Origin: Amoebophrya sp. A120
Lineage: Eukaryota > Protista > Dinoflagellata
Direction of reading: 5' to 3'
Assembly: GCA_905178155.1 (NCBI GenBank)
Contig: CAJINV010000005.1
Location: 2,945,161-3,009,160, forward strand
Length of the DNA: 64,000 nucleotides
The notes under the pieces are model-generated. The model made no database searches and was not told the DNA's origin. It saw nothing but the letters and a program-made list of their open reading frames with translations. This document shows, one piece after another, positions 24,394-37,470 of this stretch; the first letter of the stretch is position 1, and each line of letters starts with the position of its first letter. Made by a program: the position numbers and the translations under genes.

Positions 24394-27388
24394 TTATGCA
24401 AGAAGCGCTTCGTCAAAGGCGTCGTCATCGAGTAGCCCTTCCAGGTCGTCGGCATCCAGACCACTCAGTTCGCTGTCGTCGTTGGTTCCTTCCTCGTCAT
24501 TGTTCTCTTCCCCGTTCATGTTATCCTGCGCTTCGTCGTACACAATGCAGGCGGTCTGCGCCGCCTCGTCGGTCTTTGCGCGCGCGGCCGCGCGTTCCCG
24601 GGCGGTGCAGAGCAGGAGATCCAGCTTGCCCTGTTTTTTTTTGCAACCGATGAAAAATATTTCATGTGCGACAAGGAAACAAAAAACCTGCTTGGTTGTA
24701 GGCACGTCAAAGCGTTTATTCGCGTCATACATCATGTTCGGCATGGCCAATAAATCCACATCATGCGCACCATCATATACAACAAGATCCCGAGAACGCC
24801 TCACCTTTCCTTATGCTTACAAACACACATCATTTCCCAATATAAAAAACTTCTCGTCACCTGTATCCTCTGCAACGGCTCCGCCGCCTGCAGTCGCTCC
24901 TCGAGCGATTTGTACAGCGGCTCGAGTCGGTCCTTCAGTTCCGGGTTGCTCAGCAGGTAGCTGCAGTGCGTGGTGAGCACGCACCGCATCCAGTCCAGCA
25001 CCGTGTTCGCCCGGTGCGGCTGCGTGGACAGCAGTTTTTGGCACTCGAAAAACCACTCGAAGGCTTCCTTGCTGGTGAGCTCCCCGGTACTGCGCTTGAT
25101 CACCTTCGAGTCGATCTGCGACAGCACGGTGGCCAGGGCTGTGGTGTCGTGTGTGGGTTGACAAATGACAAGTATAAACACGACCTCCTACACGTACGCC
25201 ATAGAAAGCAATACAAAACTACAGAAAATGACATTAAGGGTGAAAGGAAAAACTTTCTATGAGGGCAAAATAAATACCTTTCGCGTCCTTTGACTTCAGA
25301 TACTGCTTCACGCTGGACACCACGGTGATCATGCCCGCGGCCCCTGCTCCCGTTGCGCTGCTGCTTGCCGCTTTCTCGTTCAAAATTTCCACTTTTTCCC
25401 GCTCGACCGCTTCTTCCTTGTCCTTCATGTACTTCACCGTGGCCTCATCGATCAGCGACCCGCCCACGCCTCCTCCTGCCCCCGCCGCCGTGGGTCGCGT
25501 CTTGGCCTGCTTCGCCGCGACCTCCAGAATCTGCACCTTGGCTGGCTTGGACAAGTCCGGCTGCTGCTCTTCGCCTTGCTTAAGATGATCGCGTGTCCGC
25601 TTGTTGCTATTTGTCAGGTCTTTGCTGTGATGTTCCCCTGTTGCTCCAAGAACAGTCGAGCTACTTCCTACTTCCAGATCGATTTTTTTCTTCGTATTGG
25701 AAGTTTCGGCAACCAAAAACTCCGGCAGGACGAGACTGCCCCGGGCGAGGGTGATTTTTGCGACTGCATGTTGCTGGGAAAGCAGCTGGAGGCCGAGAAT
25801 CTGTCAGTCGTGTTTGTTAATATATCAACGTCCGTCATCTTCATCATCATATCAATCGGTCCGTCGTGAGAAGAAGTCAGTACTCATCCAGTTGGTTTTC
25901 GTCAAACGGGTCGTTGTAAATGCTAGATCTCTTAACAAAGAACGCCAGCACTTCTAGCTTTAGCTTTTATACATCGAAAAAAAAGGTCCAGAACTACATC
26001 ATACCGGCTTGGCGGCATTTCCGGCGCAGATCTCCGCGTCGGGCATGGCCGGCGCGTTCGCCGCAGCCTTGGACACGTCGTTCCAGACAAACCCCCGCTG
26101 TCCGTCCGCGGTCAGGGCGACGAAGCAGTTTGCTTGTCTCGTCGTGTTCTTTGTCTCACCACTTGATGTTCCTACCGCATGTTCTTGATGCTGGTGTTCT
26201 ACGGCAACGATTCTGCGCAGCGGCAGCTGCAGACCGGTGCTCAGCGTGGTGGCGAACGCCTCGTCGTTGTAGTCGTACAGGGAGACGCTCTCCGTGGAAT
26301 CGCAGGCCGCGATTTTGGAGCCACTCACCGCCACACTGGTGCACGCGTGCACCGGGGCGGTAAATTTGGACGTGCACGTGCCGTCCGACACGGCGTAAAC
26401 CTGGGTAGTTGTCGTTCTTCTTTAAATGCGATCTACCGTGTTGGTGTCCACTGCATGACAAATAAACCTTTCTTCAACTCTTTGCACCATCACAAGTGGG
26501 ATGCTCTACCAAGCCTGTCATGCATCTTGTACGACGTGTTCGTGTGCGGGAAAAAATAGAAATTTGTAGTGTGCAAAATCGAAATCAGTATGAGAAAATC
26601 CTCTAGTACCCGAATCTTCGTCGCGCAAACGGTCACCAAACGCTCTGCGTTTGCCGCCATCTGCAGCACCACGTCCTTTTTCGTCTTGATCGTCTGCTTC
26701 ACCTGCAGACTGTCCACATCCGCTTCCACAACCCGTCCCTTGGTGGCGACGAAAACGCTGTTACGCCCCGCGTGCGCTGCCAAGCAGGTGGCCTCCGCGT
26801 TGGCGAGCTGTGATTTATTTTTAGGCCAAGGTGCATCTTCCAAATACTTAATCAAAATGAGTACCAAAATGCAAGATGCGGTCGGGGTGAACAAAAGTTG
26901 CACAACATCCTGGCGTGACATTTATCGATTGGTACTGAGCGCATGCTTGTCTGCTTTGCATTGACAAGATACGCGCAAAGACCAGACGAGTCCTGCTGTG
27001 CACGATTACAAAAATGTCCGATCTGATATGAGAAGTTGTTCCTGGTCCCACCCAATTATACCTCAGTGAAGGTCCCGAGCAGGTTTGCTTTTTCGTCCGT
27101 GAACTCCCAGAATTGCAGGTGTCCGGAGGTTTTGCAGCCCAGGACGAGAATGTGCCGGCTCCCGATCCAGTACCAACCGGCGAGTTGCGGATTGTAAATC
27201 TCCGCCGCGTCCGTGTGGGCGAAGAGGCATTTCTGGTCCCGGGTGCTCCAGACCTTGAACTGGTTTTTCTGGGCGTGCGTCAGGGAAAACTGCCCGCACG
27301 GCGAGAACCGCACCGTAGCGTCGGTTGCAGGAGGTAGTACCCTGTTCCCGGCGGACGCGGGGGCTCTACTGGAAGCGCTGGCCGACAT
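24394..27388 (-). CDS. WDR43: WD40-repeat small-subunit processome protein with C-terminal Utp12-type domain (WDR43/UTP5)
   Basis: N-terminal WD-like segment RFSPCGQF...FKVWST; C-terminal WMRCVLTTHCSYLLSNPELKDRLEPLYKSLEERLQAAEPLQRIQGKLDLLL plus an acidic tail. Five GT-AG introns (for example 24631-24860 and 25801-26003). Confidence 0.8.
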
Positions 27389-28388
27389 GCTGGTGGTGTG
27401 AGTAGTTCGAGGTTGGACACAAGTGAGACGATGGTGCGGCAGGGTGTATAATGGCGTGAACTTCGTATGTCGGTGTTGTAGTTCTAGTTTAAGTGTGGTC
27501 TTTGTCTAAATACCATCAGCAAGGAAGTCCCACATAATCGGTTGTAGAAACAGTGAATCGCTGTCAGCACCATGCGCTCCAGCTAGATAGTTCGTTCCTG
27601 TTCGGATAGAGGTGGCACTAAAATTACGGATGACCGTAGGCAATCATGCGCAGGTCAAGGGTGATTTTGAAACCATCTTTTTCTTTGTCCTTCTATTTCA
27701 GAACCTTCATCAGCATTCGAAGATCATTTACTTCAGTGGATCTAAATCTTTCTCGAGGATCCTCGCGTCTGTTGCAGTTTGGACCTTTTGCCACGATATC
27801 GCGACCCATGGCGCAGTTTCTTGTGAGCATCGATCCTTTGTGAGCGATCAGGCATGTCAACGTCGGGATCTACTTCGTAATGTCTTCAAGAACTTCACAG
27901 CGCGATCTTGCAATGAATTTCGTACAGAGACCATTTTCGTACTCGTGACAGGGCACCACTTTGTAGTAACCCTGAGAGGTGCGATAGTATCCTCCTGTCC
28001 TTAGAAAGTAGTCGGTGAGTGTGTCTGCGCAGCCACGGTAGTACACTTCTTTTCATACAATCTTTATACGGTGAAAATCATCCGAGGGTTAAATAAATCT
28101 TACAAAGACGCAACTCTTTACTTACTATCACGCTTCGGGTGCTCACAATACTAGCCGCAGTAGTGGTACAAGACTTCTTAAGTGACAGATGATATGCTAT
28201 GAAACGCAAATAACAATTTAAATTTTCCTTCAAGAAAGAAACACGACAAACATCACATTGATTTTGATCTTCATTTTGAGTATTTAAATGGGGCGCACGC
28301 ATAAATAACAGCAACTGCTTATTCTTTGCGCTAAGAGCATTAGTTTGCGGAAGTACGACTCGGGAGCGGGAAGAGAGCAGCACCCCAT

Positions 28389-29978
28389 TCAAATCATCTG
28401 CTCGAACTCTTCCGGTGTCACGACTTTCACTATAATCCCCTTGTTTCCCAGCTCCTGCACCTTTTTGTACTTGGTCTGGCCAGCAAAGGCGCCCCGGACC
28501 AAAAAGGTAGTTTTCCCAGACACGGCGGAGGTAACGCGACCGCCCTGCGCTTCGATCGCCTTCTTGAAGCGCGTCTCTTCCCCGGGCATCAGCCCCGAGA
28601 ACACCACGGTCGCATTCCGCAGCTCGTGGCCTGGCCCCGAACCAGCGCCGGGATCGGCCCCCTTTTTCGCGTCCGCGGTACACCCGCCCGCCGCCGGCTT
28701 TTTAGAGAGCAGGTCCAGCGTCGCCGCTGCCGCTCCGGGAGTTTCGTATCCAGTGCTAAAAGGTATCTATTGGTCGAGACGAACATAAAGCTCCACAACT
28801 ATTTTGTTGCGCAAGACGCAATACATAAGGTCGAAAAGACATCATCTCGTGGTTTGCTGTGTGTATATAGGAATTTTTTGCTGCGTGCACACAAGATGAA
28901 CTATCCCGTGCCCACAGGAACTACCCGCCCCACACCACTAGCACTACAAGCACTACTATCCCGACCACGACCTCGACAGGTATTCATTGCACTGGATAGC
29001 TCGAAACCCAAGACGATTTCCAAAGAGCCGCCGTCCGCCTGGTCGTGCAGCGCATCGATGGGCGTGAAGCGCCCGCCTTTCTGCCCGTACGGCCCAAACG
29101 TCGCGTGCACGTTTTCCCACCACTGGACCGGACCGCCGGCGCCCCGCACGTAGGGGGTGGACGCCGACGTTCTTCGCCGCTTTGCGCCGGCACCGGATGT
29201 CAGCCGCAAGCGCAGCTCCGTCGCAGTGTCGCCCACCGGTTCGACCGAGCTAACGCCAGAGAGCGGCACCTCCATCCGCCACAAGTTGCCCCCCGGTTGG
29301 TTCTTCAGAGTGCCTGCGTTTCATTGCGAAGGTGAGGGTAATAGTTCTGGCCGTACATCAGGAAAGAAACCGACCCGGAGAAGATTTGCGGGAGGAAAAT
29401 CCGTATATACATATCACTATCTTCAGAGAAGTTTTTTCATTAATTAGTCACAGACGAGAGATGAAGAAACATCTCAGTTTATTCGCAGTACCGTAGTATA
29501 AGAACAAGCGGCCCTTCGCGGTACTTTCGTCTACCGTGTCCGAGTTGTCAACCTTTTTTCCCCAGTCGATGCGGTTGATTTCCACCACGAATTTTTTCGC
29601 ACTCATCATCCTACAGAAAAGTATGTTCAGCATGACAAATCGTCTGCGTGGCTCTGTCTAAATCGCCAAAAGGAATTACAAAGTGCATTCTGTGTAGCGG
29701 CAGGCTGCCTTTCTTGTGGTCTCCGCATTACTCAGTTTTCAGAGAAGCGAACACACTAGCAACACGAACTTATTTTTCCTCAGTCTCGGTGTACTTTTCC
29801 GTGAGATATTTGTGGTCAAACTCATACTCGTCTCATACCGTCCCTTCTGCCGCGTGCCGTAGAACTCGTTGACGCACATGCCCCGTTGCCGACTGTGGGT
29901 GAACTTCACCTCCGAGCCGGATTTTCCCGCAACGAACTCCAGGTCCTCGCCCACGCGGCACACGGTGAGATAAACCAT
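28389..29978 (-). CDS. Protein with C-terminal BRCT domain (RFC1/LigA-type)
   Basis: LRNATVVFSGLMPGEETRFKKAIEAQGGRVTSAVSGKTTFLVRGAFAGQTKYKKVQELG...VVTPEEFEQMI*. In frame with the upstream exon after removing 28747-28998; 5' exon structure is tentative. Confidence 0.7.
28747..28998. mobile_element. Older introner-like TIR element (A-related ends)
   Basis: 10-bp perfect TIR TATCCAGTGC; 252 bp long; direct repeat tttcg/gctcg; removal restores the frame into the BRCT domain. Confidence 0.75.
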
Positions 29979-30547
29979 AGCGATGCAATGATGTTTACGG
30001 TGTAAAGGAGATTTAGCAGGTGAAATTTTGTCCGGTCTCGATCGTTATCCTTAAGTATGTCGAAGAAAAATTGAGAGCCAAGAGAGGCTGCGTTCAGTAC
30101 GCTTTAATTCTAATGGTTTGGGTTTGACTTGCTTTCCTTCTACGGTGCGTGAACGAGGCTGAAGTGATAGGACCAGGCGCCAGAATTTTCAATTTCTCAC
30201 GTCTTGCAGTGCGAGCGTGCGGTGAATTTGAGACGAATTGATTCCGACATCGAGCATGACGAATTAGCGAAATAACCACGACTACCGAACTAAAGGTAAA
30301 GTCTCAAACTTGCCGACGACGGGCTAGAACAATAAATACTTAACACACAGCGAATATTATTCTTGCATTGAAAACGATTTTCCGAGCGAGGGATTACAAG
30401 TACGACGAGGAATGAAATGCAGACGCATGGAGTCTCAGAGTCCTGTTCTGGGACAATACACGGCGGGAACGTCTGCACAGCCAGCACCATATTTTTTTCA
30501 TACACCATAAAGACCATCTCAACCTGTGCGATGATACGGAGGAATGA

Positions 30548-30656
30548 AGCGCTTCCCTTGCTCGAGAACGGGAATGCGACAGGAGCGTCGAGCACCCGGG
30601 CGTTGACTACTACAAATATTTTACAGATTCTCTATGTTTTACAACTCAAGACCACG
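30548..30656. repeat. Dispersed intergenic repeat, copy 1
   Basis: AGCGCTTCCC..TCGAGAACGGGAATGCG..GAGCACCCGGGCGTTGA..CAACTCAAGACCACG is shared with 36997-37125. Confidence 0.75.
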
Positions 30657-33123
30657 ACAAAAATCCAAATGTGTAGAGTTCAAGCGTTTTGCAAAGGTAA
30701 TCACGGGGCGAAGGGCTCTGAGGTCTAGCGAAAATGTGCATAAAAAGTGAGATGCTCCATACACACTGAGCATTCAACTATCTCCGAACATGAAATGTAC
30801 TCAACGCTTTTTATCGTCCTCTTCCGCAAAGCGGAAACGAGACCTCGTCTGTAAAGCTTAAGTAAAACTTTTTGATTTCAGGGTGAAAGGTGAAAGGTGT
30901 TAACAAGAGGAAAACTTTCTGCAAATGCTGACTTATTGTCTTAGCGAAAATATTTCGACATCAAAACAATCAAAAATAGAAAAGCAGCTGAACAACACGT
31001 TGAAATGGAATTACGGTCCAATGCCACTTCTTACATTCCTTCATACCTCCCCACGCCCAAATCTTCATTCCTCGCAGGCACGAATGATCCGTTGTGTGAT
31101 TGAAAAGTGCCCTCGTCCCGAACCGAAATTAATTCCAACATCTGAAACTGATACTGGGCTCAGAGCCTCGTCACAAGTCTGATTCACATACGCCAATGAA
31201 TCGCTTCTGCTCATTTTCTACTGGTACTACTCATGTGGGCTTCTGCTTTTCTTTTTATAACATATTTATATATTCATGCAATGATCGACCAGACCAATTC
31301 TAGTTTAATAGCCGGGGAAGATGAACAAGGTGGCCGGAGATGGGGACACTATTTGCTATGGTACGTGCGGGGGAAGTTCCAACCCAAGAGCCGCATATGC
31401 TGCTATCTATCCAGCTTGTAAACACGTGCTAGCGTTAGAGGTGGTGAATTTTTGGTGAACTTTTCATGAGAATCAATCGACGCTAAGCACTAGCAGGAAA
31501 AGGTGATAATAGCTGTGCAAACTACCCACACCAGGATACAAGCGAAGAAAAGCGCGAAAAAAAAAGCGCATGACTCCGCTCCTCCTTTTCGATAAACTGT
31601 AGGCCAAGATATGAAATCCTCCTTCAGGATCTTCAGCCAAACAAAATTCCCACCGACCTAAATTGAATGCTCATGCAAATCACGGGCTAAATTTGTTGGC
31701 CAAATTTTGAGTCAGGATGTTGATCGAGATGAATGAATATGAGGCCCATTCCCATTGTGAGTCCCGGTCTGTAGTCGTAATGTGACGATCACTATGAATG
31801 TGGTCTGATGTACGAAGTTTCATGGTGCTTCAAGACAGAGTTTGATTGTCCCTCCACACCGAATTTTTACCCCCGCAGGCTGTTGCGTTAGTCGCCACAG
31901 ATTGACTGCAACGAGAAACGCCCTAAGACTAGGCCTAGTTCCGTTCTACATCAAAGATGGCCAGCATTCACTTCGCCCGCGTTTCTCTGCGTTGTTGATT
32001 GTCTTCACCGTATCAAATTCGGTAACATAAACAGAATTGCGCTAGTACCTCTATGCCACGTCCCCGTCTAAAGAGCGAGAAAGGCCCCGAAGCTGCGGAC
32101 CCTTTCGTTCATTTTTACACGCGCCCTTCTTGCGGATTCATTTGTCTCCATGAGCGGCGGGCTCTTATGCGTGCATCACTAATCCGCGACCGAGCGTTTT
32201 GCGGGGGCGTCACGCTGAGGCTCCCTCGGAAGCAGTAACGACGGTTGGGGGTGTGATGCCGACGCGGACGCGGCAGCGGCGAAGCGCTAAAAATGCACAT
32301 GCGCGCCTTACGTTCCATTCCCCGGAGGCACGTCAATGTTGCATCTTGTCACTATGTTGCTTGACCTGTGGAGAAGAAACAGTGCACCTGTAGCTGGCGC
32401 AAACTGTCAGTCTTTTCTTCGCTTTGAACCTCCTTTGAGAGTTTCCTCGGAAGCGAAAAAGACGACAACTAAGTTCTGCTATTGCCTCGCGACGAAGCGC
32501 CGCCCGCTGCAAATACTTCGAAGTACTCACGGTCACCCCCACAGCAAAAGCGCGAGCGTGCACTAGAACGCAAAAAAACTTCATGTGTGCGCAGAGCCCA
32601 AAACAGCGAGCGCTGCTGTTCCTGCATCAGCGTCGTCTTTCATATGCTTTACGTAGGGACGAAACCAGTTACACAGCCGCAAGCAGCTGGTCACACAGTG
32701 CCGACATCATGCGCACGCGCACGAGTTTCAATATCGCGCACTACCAAATCACTAGTATCAAAAATTGACCACCTCATATTTATACTAACGATTCTCCAAG
32801 ACGTAATCCTTCCGCTCCTCCTCCAAGGTATGTTTGTGAAAAATGCCGCAGCCCCACCCTGAAAAGAACGCACACCAAGAGTGTTGCTCTCCGACCCCGT
32901 CTCGCCAGTGGAGTAATACCAATACCGGCCGCCGGCTGGTGTAGTGAGTTAGAGTTTGAAGCGGCTTTCTTCTCTTCAAGCCAAAAAACGACGCAACCTG
33001 GATTCGCGCCACGCCCCCGCGCCTAATGCTATGCACGACGGAAGGGCGGCCGAAACAAGTCGCGGCCCAAAGTCGCCATCCATTACGGCCCGAAACACAA
33101 AGCCTTCCTCGCGTGCTATGACC

Positions 33124-33170
33124 CTGCCTGGGCCTCTGCCTGGGCCTCTGCCTGGGCCTCTGCCTGGGCC
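33124..33170. repeat. 12-bp tandem repeat CTGCCTGGGCCT, about 4 copies
   Basis: Read directly from the sequence. Confidence 0.9.
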
Positions 33171-34401
33171 GGCCCCTTGGGCGTCCCAAATCGGGCCCCC
33201 CCCCGTAGCAAGCGGCGTGGCTTTTAGCTTTCGGCGGGGCCAGCTTTTTTTGGTCTTTTGTTGTTCTGTTGAACGGTCTCGCCTTTTGGCTTGCCCCCGC
33301 ATTGAAAGTGGCCGGCCTGCTTCGCGGCTTTTTTGGCCTCCGGCTCTTGACGAAAATGAGGCCCGGACCATGCGGGCGCGCTGTATTTCCCCCGTCGCAA
33401 TTTTTTTGTCGTCCTTTTTTGGCCGCCCCGAGTCGGCAGAATCTAACGCGGCGGGCGCCTCAACAGAAGGGCGCCGCATTTGCCGGCTCAGCTGTCTCGT
33501 TTTTCCAAACGGTGAGCCGTACTTTCCGCGGTCGATTCGGTCGGTGCCAGGTAACCCAGACCCACGTAAGAACTACGACTTTTCTACGTGTAAAAACCCT
33601 TCCGGCCATTTTGCTGGCTGTCGGCCAACAAAACCGCTAGATTTATTAGAACGCTCGTGACCTCACGAAATGTACATACGAAATCTGGGCATTTTATCTT
33701 TCGGCCATAGAGAAGAAAACCGTCTGCCGCGCCAGTGCAAGGCTTGGCCTTTTTTTTGCAAGGTCACTCAAGGTAGTGACTCGGGCAACAGAGGCAAGCA
33801 AATATTCAGTCTTCTTGTCCGAAGGCGGGAGCTGGGACATTTTTCGCTACGATATCTCTCCCGTGCCGCTGCTTCTGGGTTGAAAGTATCAGCTAGGTGT
33901 GAAATTATTACATCGCCTACGCGGCTTCCCCGGGTCGCCAATGAATAGCCTTGAACTTCGCCGTAACTCCCTTACTAAAGTGTGGGATCAAGGTCCGAGA
34001 ACACCCTTGAGGGCAGCTACATTTTTCGTCGTGCGCGTCACTGTTACGACACCTAACATCTACGTATTGGCACGAGAGGCAGGACGCCTCTGCTAGCGCG
34101 GTCCCGTCCGCGAGCCCCCTGGAGAGGTCCGCTGGGTGACCGAGAGTCTGCGGCGCTACGCGCACTTGTCCAGGCCGAAAAGATCGCCTCGTCGAGTCAG
34201 GGGGCTAGCGCGCCGCCTCGCAGGCAGTCACACGCGTCCCTACCGTGTGAGCGGCTGGGCAGCTGCGCCTGCGTAGCTCATGTGGCAGCGGGCAGAAGAG
34301 AAAAAAACCTCGGAAGGCATCCTCTTCGCTGGATGAGCGAGGCCGGACACCTGAGCCCGCCGGAGCGGGCCGCTTCTGAACTGCGGGATTCGAAGCCCCT
34401 T

Positions 34402-36381
34402 CTATGATTCTTCCTGTACGACCTTCCAGAGAACGGGCAGATCTCGCATGGTTTGAGTTTTTTGAATTTGTGCACGCACGAAATGTGGACGAGGAACACC
34501 GGGAACACGAATAGCTAAATTCATGTTTGTGTTTGATCTCGACTGAAGATGAGTTACGGTTAGTTCGTCGTCTCTTTCGTATCGACGGCACACGCCCGCA
34601 GTATTCGGGCCTCCGCCCGTGGGACCACTAGTCGCGATTTGCCCAGGGGATGGAGACATTTGTAAAAACGCCACTGTCTTCGCTTCCCCAGCACCCCCGC
34701 AGTACCGCACCACCTCCGGGTACTGCAGTTTCCCGTCTTCCGACGTGTCCACATCCTTCATCGGAACATTCCTTGTCTATCGCGAGGAAAGAGTGTCCGC
34801 ACCTGTTCTGACCCTTGCGGTTTTTACTTTGCTGCCGCTGCAGCCATCAAAAACCACATCATGCTCCGTTTCGCACGTAACTCAGTAACGCAACTGATAG
34901 CACGATACCGGAGCGCGAGATCTGCGATGCAAATTCAATTCAGGAAAATGCAAAAGTAGATAACACTGCCAAGGTAAATAGAGGTGATGGACCCTTCATC
35001 TCTTTGATACCGTCTCGTCCTCTCCGGCCAACACGCCGTCGGCGTTCAAGTCCAGCTCGACAAACCGCCCCTCGACGCCGCTTTCACTGGCTTGCTGCAA
35101 GGACCGCAGGGTCATGCCGTCCGCCAAGCCCTGCGCGTACATGATCACCAGATTGCTCGGAAGGTTGTACTTCATGCTGATATGCATTGCACAACTACCG
35201 CACTTACAAAAGAAAAAAATGTGTCCGAGTAAACAGTATGGTGCAAAATTGGGCCGCATAAAGGTGGTTTTTTCCATGCAAAGTTACCATCTATTCTAGT
35301 GCGATACTTCTGCACGGGATAGCTGATTTTCGCCAACAACTGCGTCCGCTCCTCGGGATTCGTGCTGTTGTGGAACCCCAACAGATCGGCTTCAAACTCC
35401 GCTTCCGAGTACTTGCGCTGGATCGGCATCGAGGAAGTGACGTTTCCCTGCAAGAGTTCCCCCGGTGGCGAAGCGCTCGGTGCGTCGATGGTTCCATCTC
35501 GGGGATCAGCAGTAGCTTCGTCCCCACTTGTTGCCACCGCGTCGGATGCGGGTGCTGCGTTTGCGCTGGTAGTTGTCGACGTTTTCATCGTGTTTTTCTG
35601 CAAAGCGGAAACGAGGTTTTCGTCCGTGCGTTTGCTGGTGGTAGCATCTGGAATATGGTGGGTTTCTTTCTGTTTCTTGCGATTGGTAATGCAAGTGGGT
35701 GAAACCTCGAAGTTTCTGATTTTAATGCGGGGGCGGATTTTTGTTGAAAAGAAACGGAGTGCTGTTTTGCTTGATGCACGAACGAAACGGATTTCACATC
35801 AAAATACCATCGTCAGCCGTTCCCACTACTTCCTGCATCTCCTGCGGTCCACCTTCCGGACTGAATTCCCCTTCCTCGTCAGTCACCACAGCTCCCTTTT
35901 CCCCATCGAGATTTTCCGTCAGCACATCACGATTTTCTCCGTGTTGTAAAGCGGATGACGTGGGGTTTTTGTGGCTGGTGGCCAACAGCGAAATGATATC
36001 TTGCAATTTGGGTTTGACGCAATGAATTTTTTGACGCAATGTTAGGATTTCACTCCGGGGACAGATGAGCTAGTGCTGCCACGGAAAAATGCAGATCGTG
36101 CACTACACTGAAGATACTCACACCTCCGCAGTACTGGAACAATCATAATTTTCTATACCCGCATCTCCAACCGTTTTGTCCGTCTGCCCGGCCACGCTTG
36201 CCCCCGTTTCCGCGGCACTGGCATCGGCTCCCTCCGCGCTTCCTTGCTGGACCGGACCCCGGAGATGAACCTGCTTCGCGGACACGGAGGTCAGGCCCGA
36301 GAAAAGAACAGCCGCACACACGGAAACCGCCCCTGAACCGCGCCTGCAAAAATGCAACGCACTCCTGTTGCACCAAACCAT
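34402..36381 (-). CDS. Putative secreted EF-hand-containing protein, multi-exon
   Basis: Hydrophobic N-terminus (AVSVCAAVLFSGLTSVSA); EF-hand-like loops FVELDLNADGVL and DVDTSEDGKLQYPEV. Exon structure and stop codon are tentative. Confidence 0.55.
34778..35009. mobile_element. Decayed introner-like element that can now be read as a GT-AG intron
   Basis: TATC...GATA ends with imperfect TIR; direct repeat ttgtc/ccgtc. On the sense strand it reads ACG|GTATC...GATAG|ACA. Confidence 0.6.
35181..35306. mobile_element. Possible introner relic inside GT-AG intron 35177-35307
   Basis: TATGC...CGATA ends lie just inside in-frame GT/AG sites; TIR weak and no direct repeat. Confidence 0.35.
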
Positions 36382-36996
36382 TGTGGTGAGCCTTTGTTGG
36401 GTCTTTTTTCTTCCCCTCACGGAGTACCGCAGGAAAAAAAAGCTGTGTGCACTTTTCAAACTGTGTCAGAAAATCGCCAAATCACTTTGAGGACCCCTTT
36501 CTTAGGGCAAGCACTAAAACGAAATGTCCCAAAACCCCTAGCAGTCCTCCCCTATGCTAGCAAGATGATGATGATGATGATGAATGCTCACGCTTCACGT
36601 CACTTACGCGCATCACGAATAGACGTGTAGTTCGCGCATTTTTAATTTTGTCACGACGAAGTTCATTTATCTACCCCAACGACTTTTTCACGAAAACCGA
36701 ATTCCGGGAAGAGCACGACTTGGATTTTTCTTTTTCTTACTACGACGAATAAACCACTCTGATGCTTTCTACGTAGTAGACTTTCCACGAAGGCGGTCAA
36801 AAATAATCGGCCACGACTTTCATCTCCAGAAAAAACCGACAAATGACGACGAAGACGATATTCGCAACTTCTAGAAACTCACACGATACTCCGATGCAAA
36901 GACTAAGACACGTACCAACTGCATGCAGAAGAAGATCTACCAGAACCTACACAATAGCGTCTCGAACTGTACTTACCATAATAGAGAACAAAACTG

Positions 36997-37125
36997 AGCG
37001 CTTCCCGATGTCGAGAACGGGAATGCGCCAAGCAGAGTGCGGAGCACCCGGGCGTTGAGCACACACAACTTCTTCTGGCAATACTCTTTTGTTTTACTGC
37101 TTCTCTACTACAACTGAAGACCACG
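36997..37125. repeat. Dispersed intergenic repeat, copy 2
   Basis: Homologous to 30548-30656. Confidence 0.75.
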
Positions 37126-37470
37126 GGTCTTCGTGCGTTGAATCTTTCTCAGAAGCAACAACTCTGGCACAGGATGAATTTTTGGTCGTCAAGGTCATCA
37201 AGAAAAGTGTCGTCGGGAAGCACAACTACTAGCGTTTGTTGTTCCAAAAGTTTGAAGTAGCAACGCAGTAGGCGCTTCTGAAAATAAAGGCTCTGACGTG
37301 GCTCCTGTACATGTCGCTACAACAACAAATCTGTAGGCCCTTATAACAAGTGTCGCTGGGTGAGGCTGCAGGTCGGGTCGCTGGGTAAGTAGTTCATCTT
37401 CGTCGGTTTCTATCTTGCAGTAGGGACGAACAAGATGTTGAAGCACCTCCAACCAAAACTCTGTCACATC

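Noticed and set aside
27870-28000. CCCH zinc-finger-like peptide on the minus strand (YKVVPCHEYENGLCTK...C)
   Set aside because: It lacks the final His, has no start or splice context and stops soon after.
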